A stretch of 64,000 bases of DNA from Sminthopsis crassicaudata (lineage: Eukaryota). The position numbers and the translations under genes are program-made. Positions 24,659 to 37,520 of this stretch are shown here, piece after piece (positions within the stretch are counted from its first letter, which is position 1; every line of letters begins with the position of its first letter). The stretch is from the NCBI RefSeq assembly GCF_048593235.1, contig NC_133619.1, positions 24,504,454-24,568,453 of the forward strand, written 5' to 3'. The notes under the pieces are model-generated. The model had not been told where the DNA came from and did not search any database. It saw only the letters and a program-made list of their open reading frames with translations.

Positions 24659-26011
24659 CTTTAAAGTCTCTCATCAGGAAGAACTAAGGGGTGAAATGGT
24701 TGGGAAGTAGTGACTTCTTTGAGATAAGTCATGACTTTGGAAGTTATTTTTGGACTGATGATCAAAGCCAGATTGCTCACCATTAAGCAACCCACTACAC
24801 ATCAGAGAAATCTTGAGTATGAGCCCTCTGTAACTGAGTTAGAGAAGCCACTTAATAGGAGAGGAGTCTTCAAACACTACACACCAAAAATGTTTTCCAA
24901 TAAAGCTACTAAATGGAATCCAAGAGAATTTAAAATCTCATTTCACTAAGTTTAAGGGGCGAGAGAAAAACAAAAACATAAAACAAAGGCACTCATCCAC
25001 TCACATTCCTACGAGCTCATCAAGTGTAAATTTAAAAGAATTATTTTTTCTGATGATCTTTAATATATGATCTACTTGGACTATTTGTTCCTCAAAGATA
25101 CAGAGGGATTTGCTGCCAATTATGTTGGTAACTCTTTTTTGAATGGAATGTTTTGACTTTTGTTTTAACTTGAGTTGAGCTATCTAACTTTTCAGTCAAC
25201 TAGGTGGTATGATAGATAGAGCACTGGGCCCGGAGTGAGGAAGACCCAGTCCTAGATACTTACTAGCCATGATGCTTCTGGTGAGCCATTTAACCTCATT
25301 TTGCCTTAATATACTGGAGAAAGAAATGGCTAAGCAATGCAATATCTTTGCCAAGAAAACCTCCCATAATCACAGGTATACTATGATACCTGGAATCACA
25401 AAGAATTGGTCACAACTAAAAAATCAGTCTTAGGAGTGGCTCTCTAAGACTGGTGCTGTAGACAAGCTGAGTCTAAGAGAAAACATTTTGAGTGTAAGAA
25501 TCAGGAAAACTGTACCTTAGTCCTGAATCAGTCAGTAGTTCTGTGATCTTAGGTAAGCCATCGAGCCTGTCAGTTTTTCCATCTGTAAAATGAAAAGTTT
25601 AGAAAAAACATGAGCTAAGATCCCTTTCAGCTATAATTTTCCCTGATTATAGAGTCAGTGTAATAATAATTATGATGAAAAGCATAATTATAACTATTAT
25701 TTATACTGCGATTATTCAGTACTTTAAGGTTTTCTAAGAGTTTTATAAATATCTCATTATAATTATCATTTCATTTGTTATCTTACCCCAGTAATAAGGT
25801 ACTAATAATATGTTCATGTTTCAGATGAGGAAACTGAGTCAAATAAAGACTAAATGACTTATCCAGGGTCATGTCCAGGGGCCAGATTTGAATGTGATTC
25901 TTCCTGATTTCAGGTCATGACCTTTGTCCATTATGCCACCTAGAACTGCCTGTAATTATGTCTTTCTAATTTTCAATAGAACACAGGAAATTTGTTAAAG
26001 ATTTGATAAAT

Positions 26012-26184
26012 CCTTCATAGCTCATAAAACTAAAAATGATACTAATAAAAAGACAAATCAATTTTGATATCTTACTGTAGATATTCTAATATTTTATTTA
26101 GCCTTCATAGCTCATAAAACTAAAAATGATACTAATAAAAAGACAAATCAATTTTGATATCTTACTGTAGATATTCTAATATTT
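26012..26184. repeat. Perfect 83-bp tandem duplication (period 90)
   Basis: 26012-26094 is identical to 26102-26184, with a 7-nt spacer (tatttag). Confidence 0.97.
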
Positions 26185-26349
26185 CATGCTGCTCTATGAT
26201 GATAATATTCTGATTACATAAGATTCTAGGATGATAGAATTATAGATTTAGAGGTGGCAGGGCCCTTGGGTTTGTCCTTGATGACATTTCTTATGTCTCT
26301 CTTCATTCTCAAATAAATCACTGGTAATGTGCTTCTTTATTCCCTCTTT

Positions 26350-26880
26350 TCCTTCCTCCTCCTTCAACTTTCCACTGTCCTTTGGGTCACTGGAAATTCA
26401 GATATTTTATGAGATAATGAGCCACCTCCATATGGCATCATTATAAGCATATTTGTACATTAAAAATGATAGTGAGCAGCTTGGGATCATTAAAAAACAT
26501 TGCATAATTGACCACATGTGATCCAACCTGTTTCTCCTCCTAGTCAATTCTTAGGTAATCTTATCATCCATCTGTCATGCTTCAAAAGAGCTATATGGAG
26601 GGTCTAACATAACAAGTTGTCCATTTACACAGCATACCATAGTCTATATAATGAGAATTAGTCATCCACTTGATCTTTTTGGTTTGAATTGCTAGACAAT
26701 GATCATGGATAACACTAAGAATGCTCTGTAGATACCCAGGGCTCCATACAATTAGCATAATATCATTCGAAAACAGGAATGTATGGAACACAAATTTGTC
26801 AATGAATAATATTTGTATTTCACATACAATAACCTCTAAGACTTTGTCAAGCATTTAGGAATAGAAATCTGACTTGCCAT
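26350..26880 (-). mobile_element. RTE-clade LINE reverse transcriptase fragment, decayed
   Basis: ORF 26591..26854 'FLFSNDIMLIVWSPGYLQSILSVIH...IQTKKIKWMTN' is a decayed RTE (F)ADDIVLI...KTKWM motif. Downstream 'tttttaatgatcccaagctgctc' and 'gacccaaaggacagtgga' follow the RTE consensus. Confidence 0.8.
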
Positions 26881-28861
26881 TTTTTAAAGCAGAATTAAAA
26901 ATAATAATTAAAATTTCATTATAAATATATTATATTTTGAATGTATTATTTTATTTTTGGTCTCAACCAATAATTTTTATCAGTGGGGAATCCCTGATAA
27001 GAAAATTCCATGGACTAATGTATACAACTCTTCAGAAATCTTCAGATGTTCAGCTAGGATATCAAGTGATTAACTTATTTAGTGAAAGATTCAGATCGTG
27101 TATGTATCAGGGGAAAGATAATATTCAGTCTTCTTGATCCTGAGGCCAGTTTTCCATCACATTCTAATGCTGACTTATATGTCTGTAATATATTTTAAAA
27201 AGAGAAAAATTTCAAGAAGCATTGGTTTCTTGTGACTATTCTTTGAAAGAATTATCATTGCCAAAGTCTTGGAGTAGGAGCTAAAATTGTCTAATTGTTT
27301 TATGAAATTGGGGATGGTGATTTTCAATAACAAAGAGTATTCCTGGAAAAAAGACATACTTCTTTTCTATCCACTAGCCAAATCTGCCTGAATCCTAAAA
27401 TACAAGAATTTATTATATTTTATATTATGTTAATTTCTAATTGAATGATTTCAGGAGGTACGTAGGAGGCTTTACTTGGTTGCTGAAAAAAATAAGTTGA
27501 ATGCAAAAAGGTTAGTTTATTCTTAAGGACTCTAATAGAAGTAACATGACACACACAAAAAAAGAAAAAAGAAAAAGAAAATAAATAATACAATACAAAG
27601 TCATCCCAAAGGGAAATGAAGAAAGGGAACATGCTTAAGGGCTTTTTACGTGAAGATATTTTTTGAGTTTTGTGTATATGTGTATGTGTTTTATCACTAC
27701 TACTCATAGGCCCAAGTTTTTACAGAGGCAAAGAATATAAGAACTAGAAAGGACCTGAGAGATCACTGAGTCCTAACCACTAGTTTTACAGACAAAGATA
27801 CTGAGGGTTGGACAGGTGAAGTTAATTATGTAGTATAACATATGACACAGTAGTTAGAGAATACCAGAACCAGAATATAAAGCCAAACCTCTTCTGAGTC
27901 TAAAACATTTTTATGATCATCAAAGATAGTGTTAAAAGAGGAATAAAGTTACCAAAGGTTTAATGTCCAAAAAAAGCAGTTTGCTGAAGGATAAAATTGG
28001 AACTGCCAACTACACACATTTCTCTCCTAATTTTATGGGCTGAGTTGATAAGGAAATGGTCCCCCATGTAAAGTAGCTATCACTTAGAATGCCTTAATAG
28101 AAATTCAAGCAGTAAATAAATGCCTGATTATGTTACAAATATAATTTTTCCTTGTAACAACAAAATTGCACATGATTGAAACTTTCTGTTTCTACTATAA
28201 TTCTGACTTACACAATTATTTTGGTATTTTGGCATTAATCAAACACTTTCCACTTCTAATCACAATGTATTTTTGCAACCCTAACCTCAACCTGTTATCA
28301 AATTGTTTCCAAACTAATGCAAGTATTTTACATTGACTTGCAAAATGTTTCTTAACCTCTGGCCAGTCACATGAACATGCATACTCTCAGCCATTTTTGA
28401 TATAGTGAATGAGATGTTTCCTCATCCTTTTGACAGAGCTAAAAGGTCAAGATGTTGGAAAATTGTGATCACTAGAAAGATACTTTAATTCTGAAACCAT
28501 CAAAAACCACAACAAATAGTCTTCAGAGATAGCCTTATCTTTCCTGTCACTGAAGTATTAAAGCCATATTTCAATTGAAACATCATCTGCATGTGTTACT
28601 ATCCTTCCCTTTGTAGGATATACAAATTAACTAGTATGCAACATTTCTTCAATTATTCAGTAAATATATATAATGTAGTCCTAGTTTCCCAATAGTACAA
28701 GTAAAAAAAGTTACGTGTATATGCATGTATATCTCTCTGTCTCTCTATATCTATGTGTGTCTCTCTCTGTGTCTCTTTTTTTGTCTCTGTCTCTCTCTGT
28801 TTCTCTCACTTTGTGTGTGTGTGTGTGTGTGTGTATGCATGTGGTTTATAGATTATTGCTA

Positions 28862-29075
28862 TTTGCCATTCATTCAAGAAGATGACCATGAAATCAGAGT
28901 TGATGCCATAGCATATGAATTGGATTTAAATGAGAGAGAGCTGGGTAAGGTCATCTGTCTCACTTTCCTCTCCAGAGCCACTTGGGTCCAATGGCAAAAT
29001 ATAGATGAAGACAACTGGAGATGGTGTGAAATGGGATATCTTGGCCTTTTTAAGCTAAGGTCTTCAACATGTCTA
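28862..29075 (+). mobile_element. Marsupial RTE-associated non-autonomous repeat (family not resolved)
   Basis: 'gaattggatttaaatgagagagagctgggtaaggtcatctgtctcactttcctctccagagccacttgggtccaatggcaa' is homologous to 30720-31258(-). Confidence 0.75.
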
Positions 29076-29995
29076 ATTTTGATTGAGTTTACATGCAAGT
29101 TATATTAGACAGTTATAAAGGTTAGTCTATATATAAATTAAAAAGATAAAGAACAGTGTGTACAATATAATTTTAATTACATTCTAACTTGATAAAGCAT
29201 TTTAATCAAGCATAAAAATAATTATTTTATATCACAATTAGATAGTTATTTACATTAATTGGCTAGGTGGTTAAAATTTTTAAAAATAATAATTTCCAAT
29301 CTCTTAACAAGAAAACATGTAAATTCCTCCTTCATTTCCCATCACATATATGTGTGTGATTTAGCATTTCTTGCTTTAAATCAAAATGCAGAAATCAATT
29401 CAATGGGAAACCAGAGTTAAAACTGTGGGAGTTAGGCAAGTTTTAGAAATTCTTACTCAAATTAAAAAGCTAACATCAAAATTAAGATCATATATAATTG
29501 TCATATTAGGTTAAAATCTTGTAAATGGTAACATATTTAATCAAACATATTTAAAAAGTGGCAAAATAAATTTAATGTGGAGTACTGGATTACTTCTTTT
29601 CTTATAGAATATCCCATGAAAAATATTCATTATTAGTTCATAATTAAGATTTTGTACATTTTTATTCATAGTTTGACTAATTATATGCAAATTTATTTAT
29701 ATCTTAATTGTAATTATATTATGTAAATTTTAATTTGAAATATTTGAGTACAAATTTATTATAACTAATGTAAACATCTAATGAATAAATTTAAAAGAGT
29801 GTTATGTATGTGAACACCTGGAGGTTTACAACATATTGTTGTGGTGGTGTCGATTGTCGTGGTAATTGTTTAAAAGATTGTGCTAAGAAAATAATATTGG
29901 GAACAATTGATGTAAGGTATATTCAAAATAATATCTATTTTACCAGCAGCTAAAAACATTCCCTCTCCCTTTCACATCACCATGTTTTCCTGTAG

Positions 29996-30025
29996 AAAAC
30001 CCAGCAAAGCAATAACTTGGATGAG
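29996..30025 (+). CDS. Candidate 30-nt microexon (KTQQSNNLDE or xKPSKAITWMx)
   Basis: Acceptor 'ccctctccctttcacatcaccatgttttcctgtag', donor GAG|GTAACT, length divisible by 3, two open frames, repeat-poor flanks. Confidence 0.4.
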
Positions 30026-30621
30026 GTAACTGGAATTTTTCCATGGAATTGGAAAATTATATTTTCCATCATATGGGATACTCAGTTTCTTCAGTAGTGT
30101 GGAAATTGTTTCACAATTAGCAAGAATAAATAATTAAAAATAGGAATTAATCCTTCCTGAAATTGTACCCAACACGAACAATTTCAGTCACCTGCTTTTG
30201 AATTATTGTACTAGGATCTCTTCCAGCCAAAATGAGACTCTGTGTCTTTGGGTATAAGTCCCTTTTCTTGATTTTTTTTTTATTTCTTTTTTATTGGTAA
30301 CATGGTCATGAACAGAAAAATACACATTAATAAACAAAAATAATAAGAAAAAGTATTTCATAAAAAAAAAACTTTGAATAACTATGCCTTAAGAAGATTG
30401 ATGGCACATAATTGCCTGATCAAAGCAGAGATGGGATAGTGAAGGACTAGAGATTCCAAATGAAACATACACTCTCAGATGGCCAAAGTATTGATGTCTG
30501 CTTTTGTGTACATTTATGTTCTTATGTTTGTGTTACATAATATGCATATATGTATGTTCATTTCTGTATAAAACATATGCAATGCACATGTGTGTATCTA
30601 TTTATAACTAGATGTATGCTA

Positions 30622-30623
<2 letters not shown>

Positions 30624-30689
<66 letters not shown>
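30624..30689. repeat. Compound (CA)n(TA)n microsatellite
   Basis: Read directly. Similar tracts at 32925-32988, 38790-38834, 44747-44824 and 61510-61569. Confidence 0.98.
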
Positions 30690-30719
30690 CTCATAAATAT
30701 GTATGTGTAGGTACAATCT

Positions 30720-31258
30720 CTAAAACCTGGCAAGGTACCTTGAGATTTACAGGCTGGTATTCTTTCTAAGGACCATGTTTTAAATTCAAATTATTCTAAC
30801 TCTTATTGATGACCAACAATAACTCCTAGCCGAAGCCTCACTTAGATAAAGTTTGGGCCCTAATGGTCAGAGTGAATATAAATAACAATTGTTTCCATTT
30901 CAGTCAGAAACACTGAGAGTCTTCCCCTCCCACATTGAATTTTTTCTGACTAGATAAAAGAGTTCATTCTTTGCAGCCAGTTCTAACCCATCCTCAATAA
31001 CTGAATAAGTGTTGGCTCAGTCAAACTGAGACTTTTAAACACCTTAACTTAAAAAGGACAAAAGTGCCCCATTGCATCCTGTGTCTTATCTAATCATGTT
31101 GATCTATATCTTGCCACTGGACTCAGATGGCTCCAGAGGAGAGAGTCAGATTGGTAACTTTGCAAAGGATCCCCTCACTTAAATCCAATTCACTTGCAAG
31201 TCACAGCATCACCTTCCTGAAGTCATGGTCCTCTTTGAGAGCAAAGGACAAACAATAT
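30720..31258 (-). mobile_element. Marsupial RTE-associated non-autonomous repeat, longer copy
   Basis: 'gccactggactcagatggctccagaggagagagtcag...cctcacttaaatccaattcacttgcaagtc...gagagcaaaggacaaacaa'. Confidence 0.8.
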
Positions 31259-32574
31259 CTCTATGGAAACATTCCTAAATGTTTTTCCTGTTACCCCAGT
31301 TTTTTTTTTTTCTGGGATCACTAGAAAAAATGGAAGATCCAACAAGCAAATCTTTGTGTGCATTTCCATCTCAAAGCCAACAAATCTTGATGCTACCTCC
31401 CCATATAATTTTAATGAGAATAAAATGCCTATGGCTTACTGCAGTTTGGGAAAGTCTAAGGGCCAGGGTAACCCTCCCTCTAACATCCTACTGATTGAGT
31501 TGATCCCCAAGAGTGGGGGATCTTTCACAACATGTGGGGCATTCTCAGAATGCTTGAGAGCAGGCTTCAGGCCGAATCTAAATTCCTTGCCATAGTAAAT
31601 GATATGGGGAAGGCATTAGAACTTACTGACTTGTCAAATAAAGAAGGATTTTCAAAATCTACAGTATTTAGCTAAATGAATAGAAATTGCTTATGAATAT
31701 TCTATTAAGAAATTATGGTAATAACATTTGCTCAAAAAAAATTAAAGGGATTAATTACTTAAAATGTGCCATGTGCAACATGAGACTAAAATAAATTATT
31801 CTTCACTCTTTAATTGGTCTAATGTCCTATTGAGATATTCATGATGACTTATAGAGAGGATTATAAAAAGAGTTTCTGGATCTTTAGAAAGAACTGATAA
31901 GGAGTCCATTCTGGTAAAGAGAATTTTTTTTTGCAATGTTTCTAGGCATTTTTTAATGACATCTTTACAATGTGGGAGATCTGGCTTCCAGTTCTTCTTC
32001 TGACCTAAACTGGTAAGTCACTCAATGTTGCAGTGCCTCAGATACTAAAACTGCAGATTACAGAGCAACTTCATATGTACATTGATATACGGTCTGTCCT
32101 CATCTTTTTTGTTTAGTTCCTATACCTATAAAATCAAATTATGGCTTAACACAAACTCCAAAAATATACGAAGACTCTTTGACCAAGAGATACATGGCAA
32201 CTGGCACTGGTTAAATGCCTACTGTATGCCGAGTGCTGGAATCTGATGAATTTCTTTTGCATTTACTGTTTTTTTTTTCAACTATGGTAGATAGATATGA
32301 AAACAATGTGGCTGGGAGCAAAATAATGTACATATATATTGCATAATGGCAAATTATTTTCATATCTGTGCATATATTCCATCTATTACCTAAATATCTG
32401 TCTGTCCTATTTTTATGTATGTAGATTTATTTTGAACAAGGTCTGTACCCTTGTGTTTTATCCACAAATAAAAAATCACAGTTACTCTGGAAATTTTAGT
32501 CATACAGAACTTTAAATGCTAAAAGTTTAAATTATTTGTCCAGGATCTCAAAGATGTAGCTTTAGAACCTACAT

Positions 32575-32736
32575 CAGTGGTCCTCAAACTTTTTAAATAG
32601 GGGGCCAATTCACTGTCCCTCAGACTGTGGGAGGGCCAGACTATAGTAAAAACAAAAACTCACACTCTGCCTTTCCCCCTCAGCCTACATAACCATACTC
32701 TTATCTGGCCCGTGGGCCATAGTTTGAGAACCCCTG
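32575..32736 (+). mobile_element. OC1-type hAT MITE, second and shorter copy
   Basis: TIRs cagtggtcctcaaact / agtttgagaacccctg. The first ~100 bp are highly similar to 24466+. 162 bp. Confidence 0.88.
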
Positions 32737-32924
32737 ATCCTAGATAGTCCTTCTCTGAAATTGTCTATCTGTACAATGTAAGATAACCTCTTATGTTTTT
32801 TCAATTCACAACGCAACATATGCAAGCACGAATACACAAAACAAGTAAGTATGTGTGTATATGTACACAGAAGTACATGTAACAAACTATATAGTGCTTG
32901 TACATGCATGTGTGCAAACATGCT

Positions 32925-32991
<67 letters not shown>

Positions 32992-35369
32992 TCCTACAAA
33001 AAAATACATTAAGCACCTTCTCTAGGCCAAGCCCTATGCTGTGTTTCTGTAAATGTAAATTCTGTAAGTGTTGTGTTTATGTGTACATTATGAAATCATT
33101 TCTGCAACTATTATTATGCCAATTTTGTAAATGAAACGTCAGTTCAGAACTGAGTGCACTGCCCAGTGTTTCATCATAAATCACTATCAGAGAAGGATTG
33201 CAATCCAAGTCACTTTTAATGTCAGCCCCGCTGATTTTTCTGCTATACACCTTTCCTCCCAGGTTGTTATCTACCCATTATTGGTTACTGTTTCTCTAAG
33301 TAGATGTGCCTATTGTCTGAATTCAACTGTCTATTCTAACAAAGACCTTCACCAATAGAAAGGTATCTTCTTTGCTTAAGGATAGAGTGGTAGCTATAGT
33401 GAGAGGAATAATGTTATACCGGGTATAACTAATATTGGACTTGAAATCAGAAAGAGTTCAGATCATACATCAGATTCTTACTGGATATATGACCCTGAGC
33501 AAGTCATTTAAGATCTCTTAGGTGCAATGGAAACAATAATAACACCTACCTTACAGGATTGCTGTGAAGATCAAATGAGATGATACATGTAAAGAATTTT
33601 TCCAACTAGGAAACTCAATTAATTATTAACATCATTGGAATACTCTCCAGAGATAACTGCCATGCCAGCTATAAAATATGTTATTCTTATTCATTTCCTT
33701 AATTATGTTAATTAATAACTGCACTCTATTAATTTTTAACTTAAAAACTGAGTTCAATTAAACTCCATTCTTCTATAATGAACCTCTTTAGTTTCTTTTA
33801 TTACTTCTTACTTTAATCTCTTTATTTTTTTCCTATGCCATTCATAGGATTTCAGGGCTATAAGGGAATTTCAAGATGATCTAATTTAATCCCATGTTTT
33901 AGATGTGAGGACACTGAGACCTAAGAATGGGAACTGACTAATTTAAATTGGAAATATATCAAAGACTAAATCCTGAGGCCCCTAGCTCCCTGTCCACTAC
34001 AACACAGAGAAATTCCTTTATACTGTTGGGCCCAGGTCAGGGATGGGAAGGTACACACATAAATTGATAAAGAGCATTCTGCCTGGACCCCAAATTTTTA
34101 AGTCTCTACTTCTGCCTCTTAGTAAATAGATAGCCCTATATATAGCATTACCTCTTGGGGCTTCTGCTATTTGATTGATAAAATAAGGCTTCTTGTTTGT
34201 AGTTTCCCTTCATTTTATCAGGGGTCTCTTTTGTCCCCACCACACAGATACCCATATGTCTATTGTGGAAATAATCAAAATCCTGACATCATTGACATGG
34301 ACAATAACACATTTTACCAGATTACATTTTTCATATTTATATGTATGGGGATATTTATAGAATATATATATATACATATATATATATGTGTATGCATATA
34401 TATATAAATATATATATATATGCACACATACACACACACATTAGTTAAACCAATGTATTGATTAAATGCTCAAGAGGCAAATTGGTATTATAGGAAAACT
34501 GGTCTCAGGTCAGAAAAACCTGGGTTAACTATATAGGCTAAGTTAACTTATTTAACTTCTCAGGCAACTCTCTTAGGATATAGTATAGCATTTATGTAAT
34601 GTGTTTTTCTTTTGAATCATACAAGAACCTTGCGATTACATCTTGTTATTATTTCCATTTTACAGACTAAGAAATTGAGGCTGAGAATAAAATCAGTGGT
34701 TTGTCTAAGATTGCATAACCAAGAAGTATCAGATGATCATTATTTGGACTTTCCTAAATTGGAAGTCCATTACTCTACCCATTATTGTTGTTAATGGATA
34801 GATAGACAGATAGATGAATACTTTAGATATAGATGTGACAATATTCAAGAACCAAGGCTATTTTTGTAATCAAATGTCACTTCCCTACCTAGCTTCATTG
34901 TCTTCCAACACTAGTAGTTTATAGCTCTCAACCACCCTTGCCTACTCAATGTTCTCCTATCACTTTCTAGCTTCTATTTGAGGTAGAAAGTAAGACTATA
35001 CTTCTTTATATTCCAGATCTATATTAGTGAGGATTCTTTTTTGGAGTGTGTTATAAAAGGCAGGTGACAATGAAGAAAGCCTAGCCCATGTAAAATTATC
35101 TTCTTAATTCTATCACACTGCCAAAAGTCTTCTCTTCCTGAAATGTCTACTCTGGCTCAGGCTTCTTCACATTAGAACCCATGGAATTAATTAACTAGGA
35201 TCCAAAAAGATTTCTTGGTTATGTAATGACTACATTGGATTTCTAGTAACAAGACTGGAAGGGTCCTAATTTCTTATGATTCTGAAGGCAGATGATTAAC
35301 TCTTATGATATCTGGAGTTCCCAGCTACCTTTAAGCTCTACAGTTCCATGTCTTTATCCTAAAGAGATA

Positions 35370-37520
35370 AAAAACAAAAAGAAGAAGGACCTATATTTAT
35401 AGCAGGTCCTTTAGTGATGTCAAATAATGGGAAATGGAGGTGATGCCCATCGACTTGTTAGTGGCTGACCAAGTTATGGTACATGAAGTTGACAGAATAC
35501 TATTTAGCTATAAAAAATGATGAGCAAAAGACAGGAAGAAATTGGGAAGCAAAAATGGCTGCTACCAGGATAAGAATTCACTATTTGATGAAAATTGCTG
35601 GGGAAATTGAAATTAGTATGACAGAAATTAGGCATTGACCCAGACTTAACACTGTAAGCCAAGATAAGGTCGAAATGTTCATGATTTAGACATAAAGAGT
35701 GATGTTATAAGTAAATTAGAAGAACAAAATATAGTCTACCTCTCAGATCTGTGGGAAAGGAAGGAATTTGTGGCCAAAGAAGAATTGAAGTTCATTATGG
35801 AATACAAAATGAATAATTTTTATAATATTAAGTTAAAAAGGTTTTGTACAAACAAAACCAATGAAGACACGATTAGAAGGGAAACAATAAACTGGGGAAA
35901 TTTTACATTCAAGGTTTCTAATAAAAGCCTCATTTCTAAAATATATATTGACTCAAATTAATAAGAATTCAAGTCATTCTCCAATTGAGAAATGGTCAAA
36001 GAATATGAATAATTTTCAGATGAAGAAATTGAAACTATTTGTAGTCACATGAAAAAGGTGCTCTAAATCACTATTGATCAGAGAAATGCAAATTAAACAA
36101 TTCTGAGATACCACTACACACCTCTCAGATTGGCTAAGATGACAGGAAAAGATAATGACAGATGTTAGAGGGAATGTGGGAAAACTGGGACACTAATACA
36201 TTGTTGGTAGAATTGTGAATTATTTCTACCATTCTGGAGAGCAACATGGAACTATGCCCAAAGGGCTATCAAATTGTACATGCTCTTTGATCCAGCAATG
36301 TTTCTATTGGGCTTATATTCCAAACACGTCATAAAAAAAGGAAAAGGACCTACATGTACAAAAAATATTTGTGGCAGCTCTTTTTGTTGTTTTTTTGTTT
36401 GCTTGTTTGGTTTGTTTGTTTGTTTTACTTTAGTTTTTTGTAGTTTAGTTTAAACTGGAAACTAATTGGATGCCCATCAGTTGGGGAATGGCTGAATAAG
36501 TTATAGTATATAAATGTTATGGAATATTATTGTTCTATAAGAAATGATCAGCAGGATGATTTCAGACAGGTCTAGAGAGAATCACATGAACTGATAAGTT
36601 AATGAACAAAACTAGGAAATCATTATACATGGCAGTAGCAAGATTATATGATTATCAGTTCTGGTGGACGTGGTTCTTTTCAACAATAAGATGATTCAGG
36701 CCAGTTTTATTGCTTGTGATTAAGAGAGCCATCTACATCCAGATAGAGAACTGTGGGGACTGAGTGTGGATCACCACATAGTATTTTCTTTGTTGTTGTT
36801 GTTCTTAGCTTGCATTTTGTTTTCTTTCCCAATTTTTTTTCATTTCAATCCGATTTTTCTTGTAAAGCAAGATAATTGTGGAAATACGTATAGAAGAATT
36901 GCAAATGTTATAATTTATTATATTTATATAATTATATATATTTATTATATAATTATAATTGCAAAATATAGATTACTTCCCATTTGGGGAGGGATTGGAA
37001 GGATAGGAGGGAAAAATAAGAGCATAAAGTTTTCCAAAGATGAATGTTGAAAATTATCTATATATAAGTTTTGAAAATTAAAAAAATTAATAAAAAATAA
37101 ACAAAAACCTGAAAATACTTAAATGAACTTATGTAAGATGAAGTTAGCAGAACCATGAAAACACTGGGCATAATAACAGAAATATTATATGATGATCAGC
37201 TATGAATGACTTTATTATTCTCAGTAATATAATGATCCAAGACAATTTAAAAGACATATGATGAAAAATGCTATCTATTTCCAGGGAAAGAATTGATGGA
37301 GTCTGAATCCAGATCAAAGTATATTTTCTTTTAATTTTATTTTTGGGAGATCTGCTTTCTTTCAATGCAAGACTAATATGGAAATATGTTTTGTATGACT
37401 ATATACATATATTTATATATATATATATGTATATATATATATACAGAACTCACATTTAAAATGAATGCTAAAAATTATTTTATAAGTAATTGGAAAAAAT
37501 AAAATATTAAATAAGAAAGG
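35370..37520 (+). mobile_element. Younger 5'-truncated L1 (~35560-37105) nested in an older L1 3' end (35370-35530 + 37106-37520)
   Basis: The old element breaks at 'gctataaaaaatgatgagca' and resumes at 'aaaaacctgaaaatacttaaatgaactta'. The inner copy has the ORF2 C-terminus, 3'UTR and an A-rich tail at 37078-37105. Confidence 0.85.

Noticed and set aside
30215-30251. 37-nt exon candidate after the microexon
   Set aside because: Weak donor (GTATAA) and poor pyrimidine tract.
31263-31595. Two overlapping plus-strand ORFs with an acceptor at 31324 and a donor at ~31468
   Set aside because: Neither peptide is recognisable, there is no CpG enrichment in the putative exon, and the acceptor relies on a poly-T run.
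33263-33362. Strong acceptor and AAG|GTATCT donor on +
   Set aside because: All three frames contain stops; at best a non-coding or terminal exon, with no further support.
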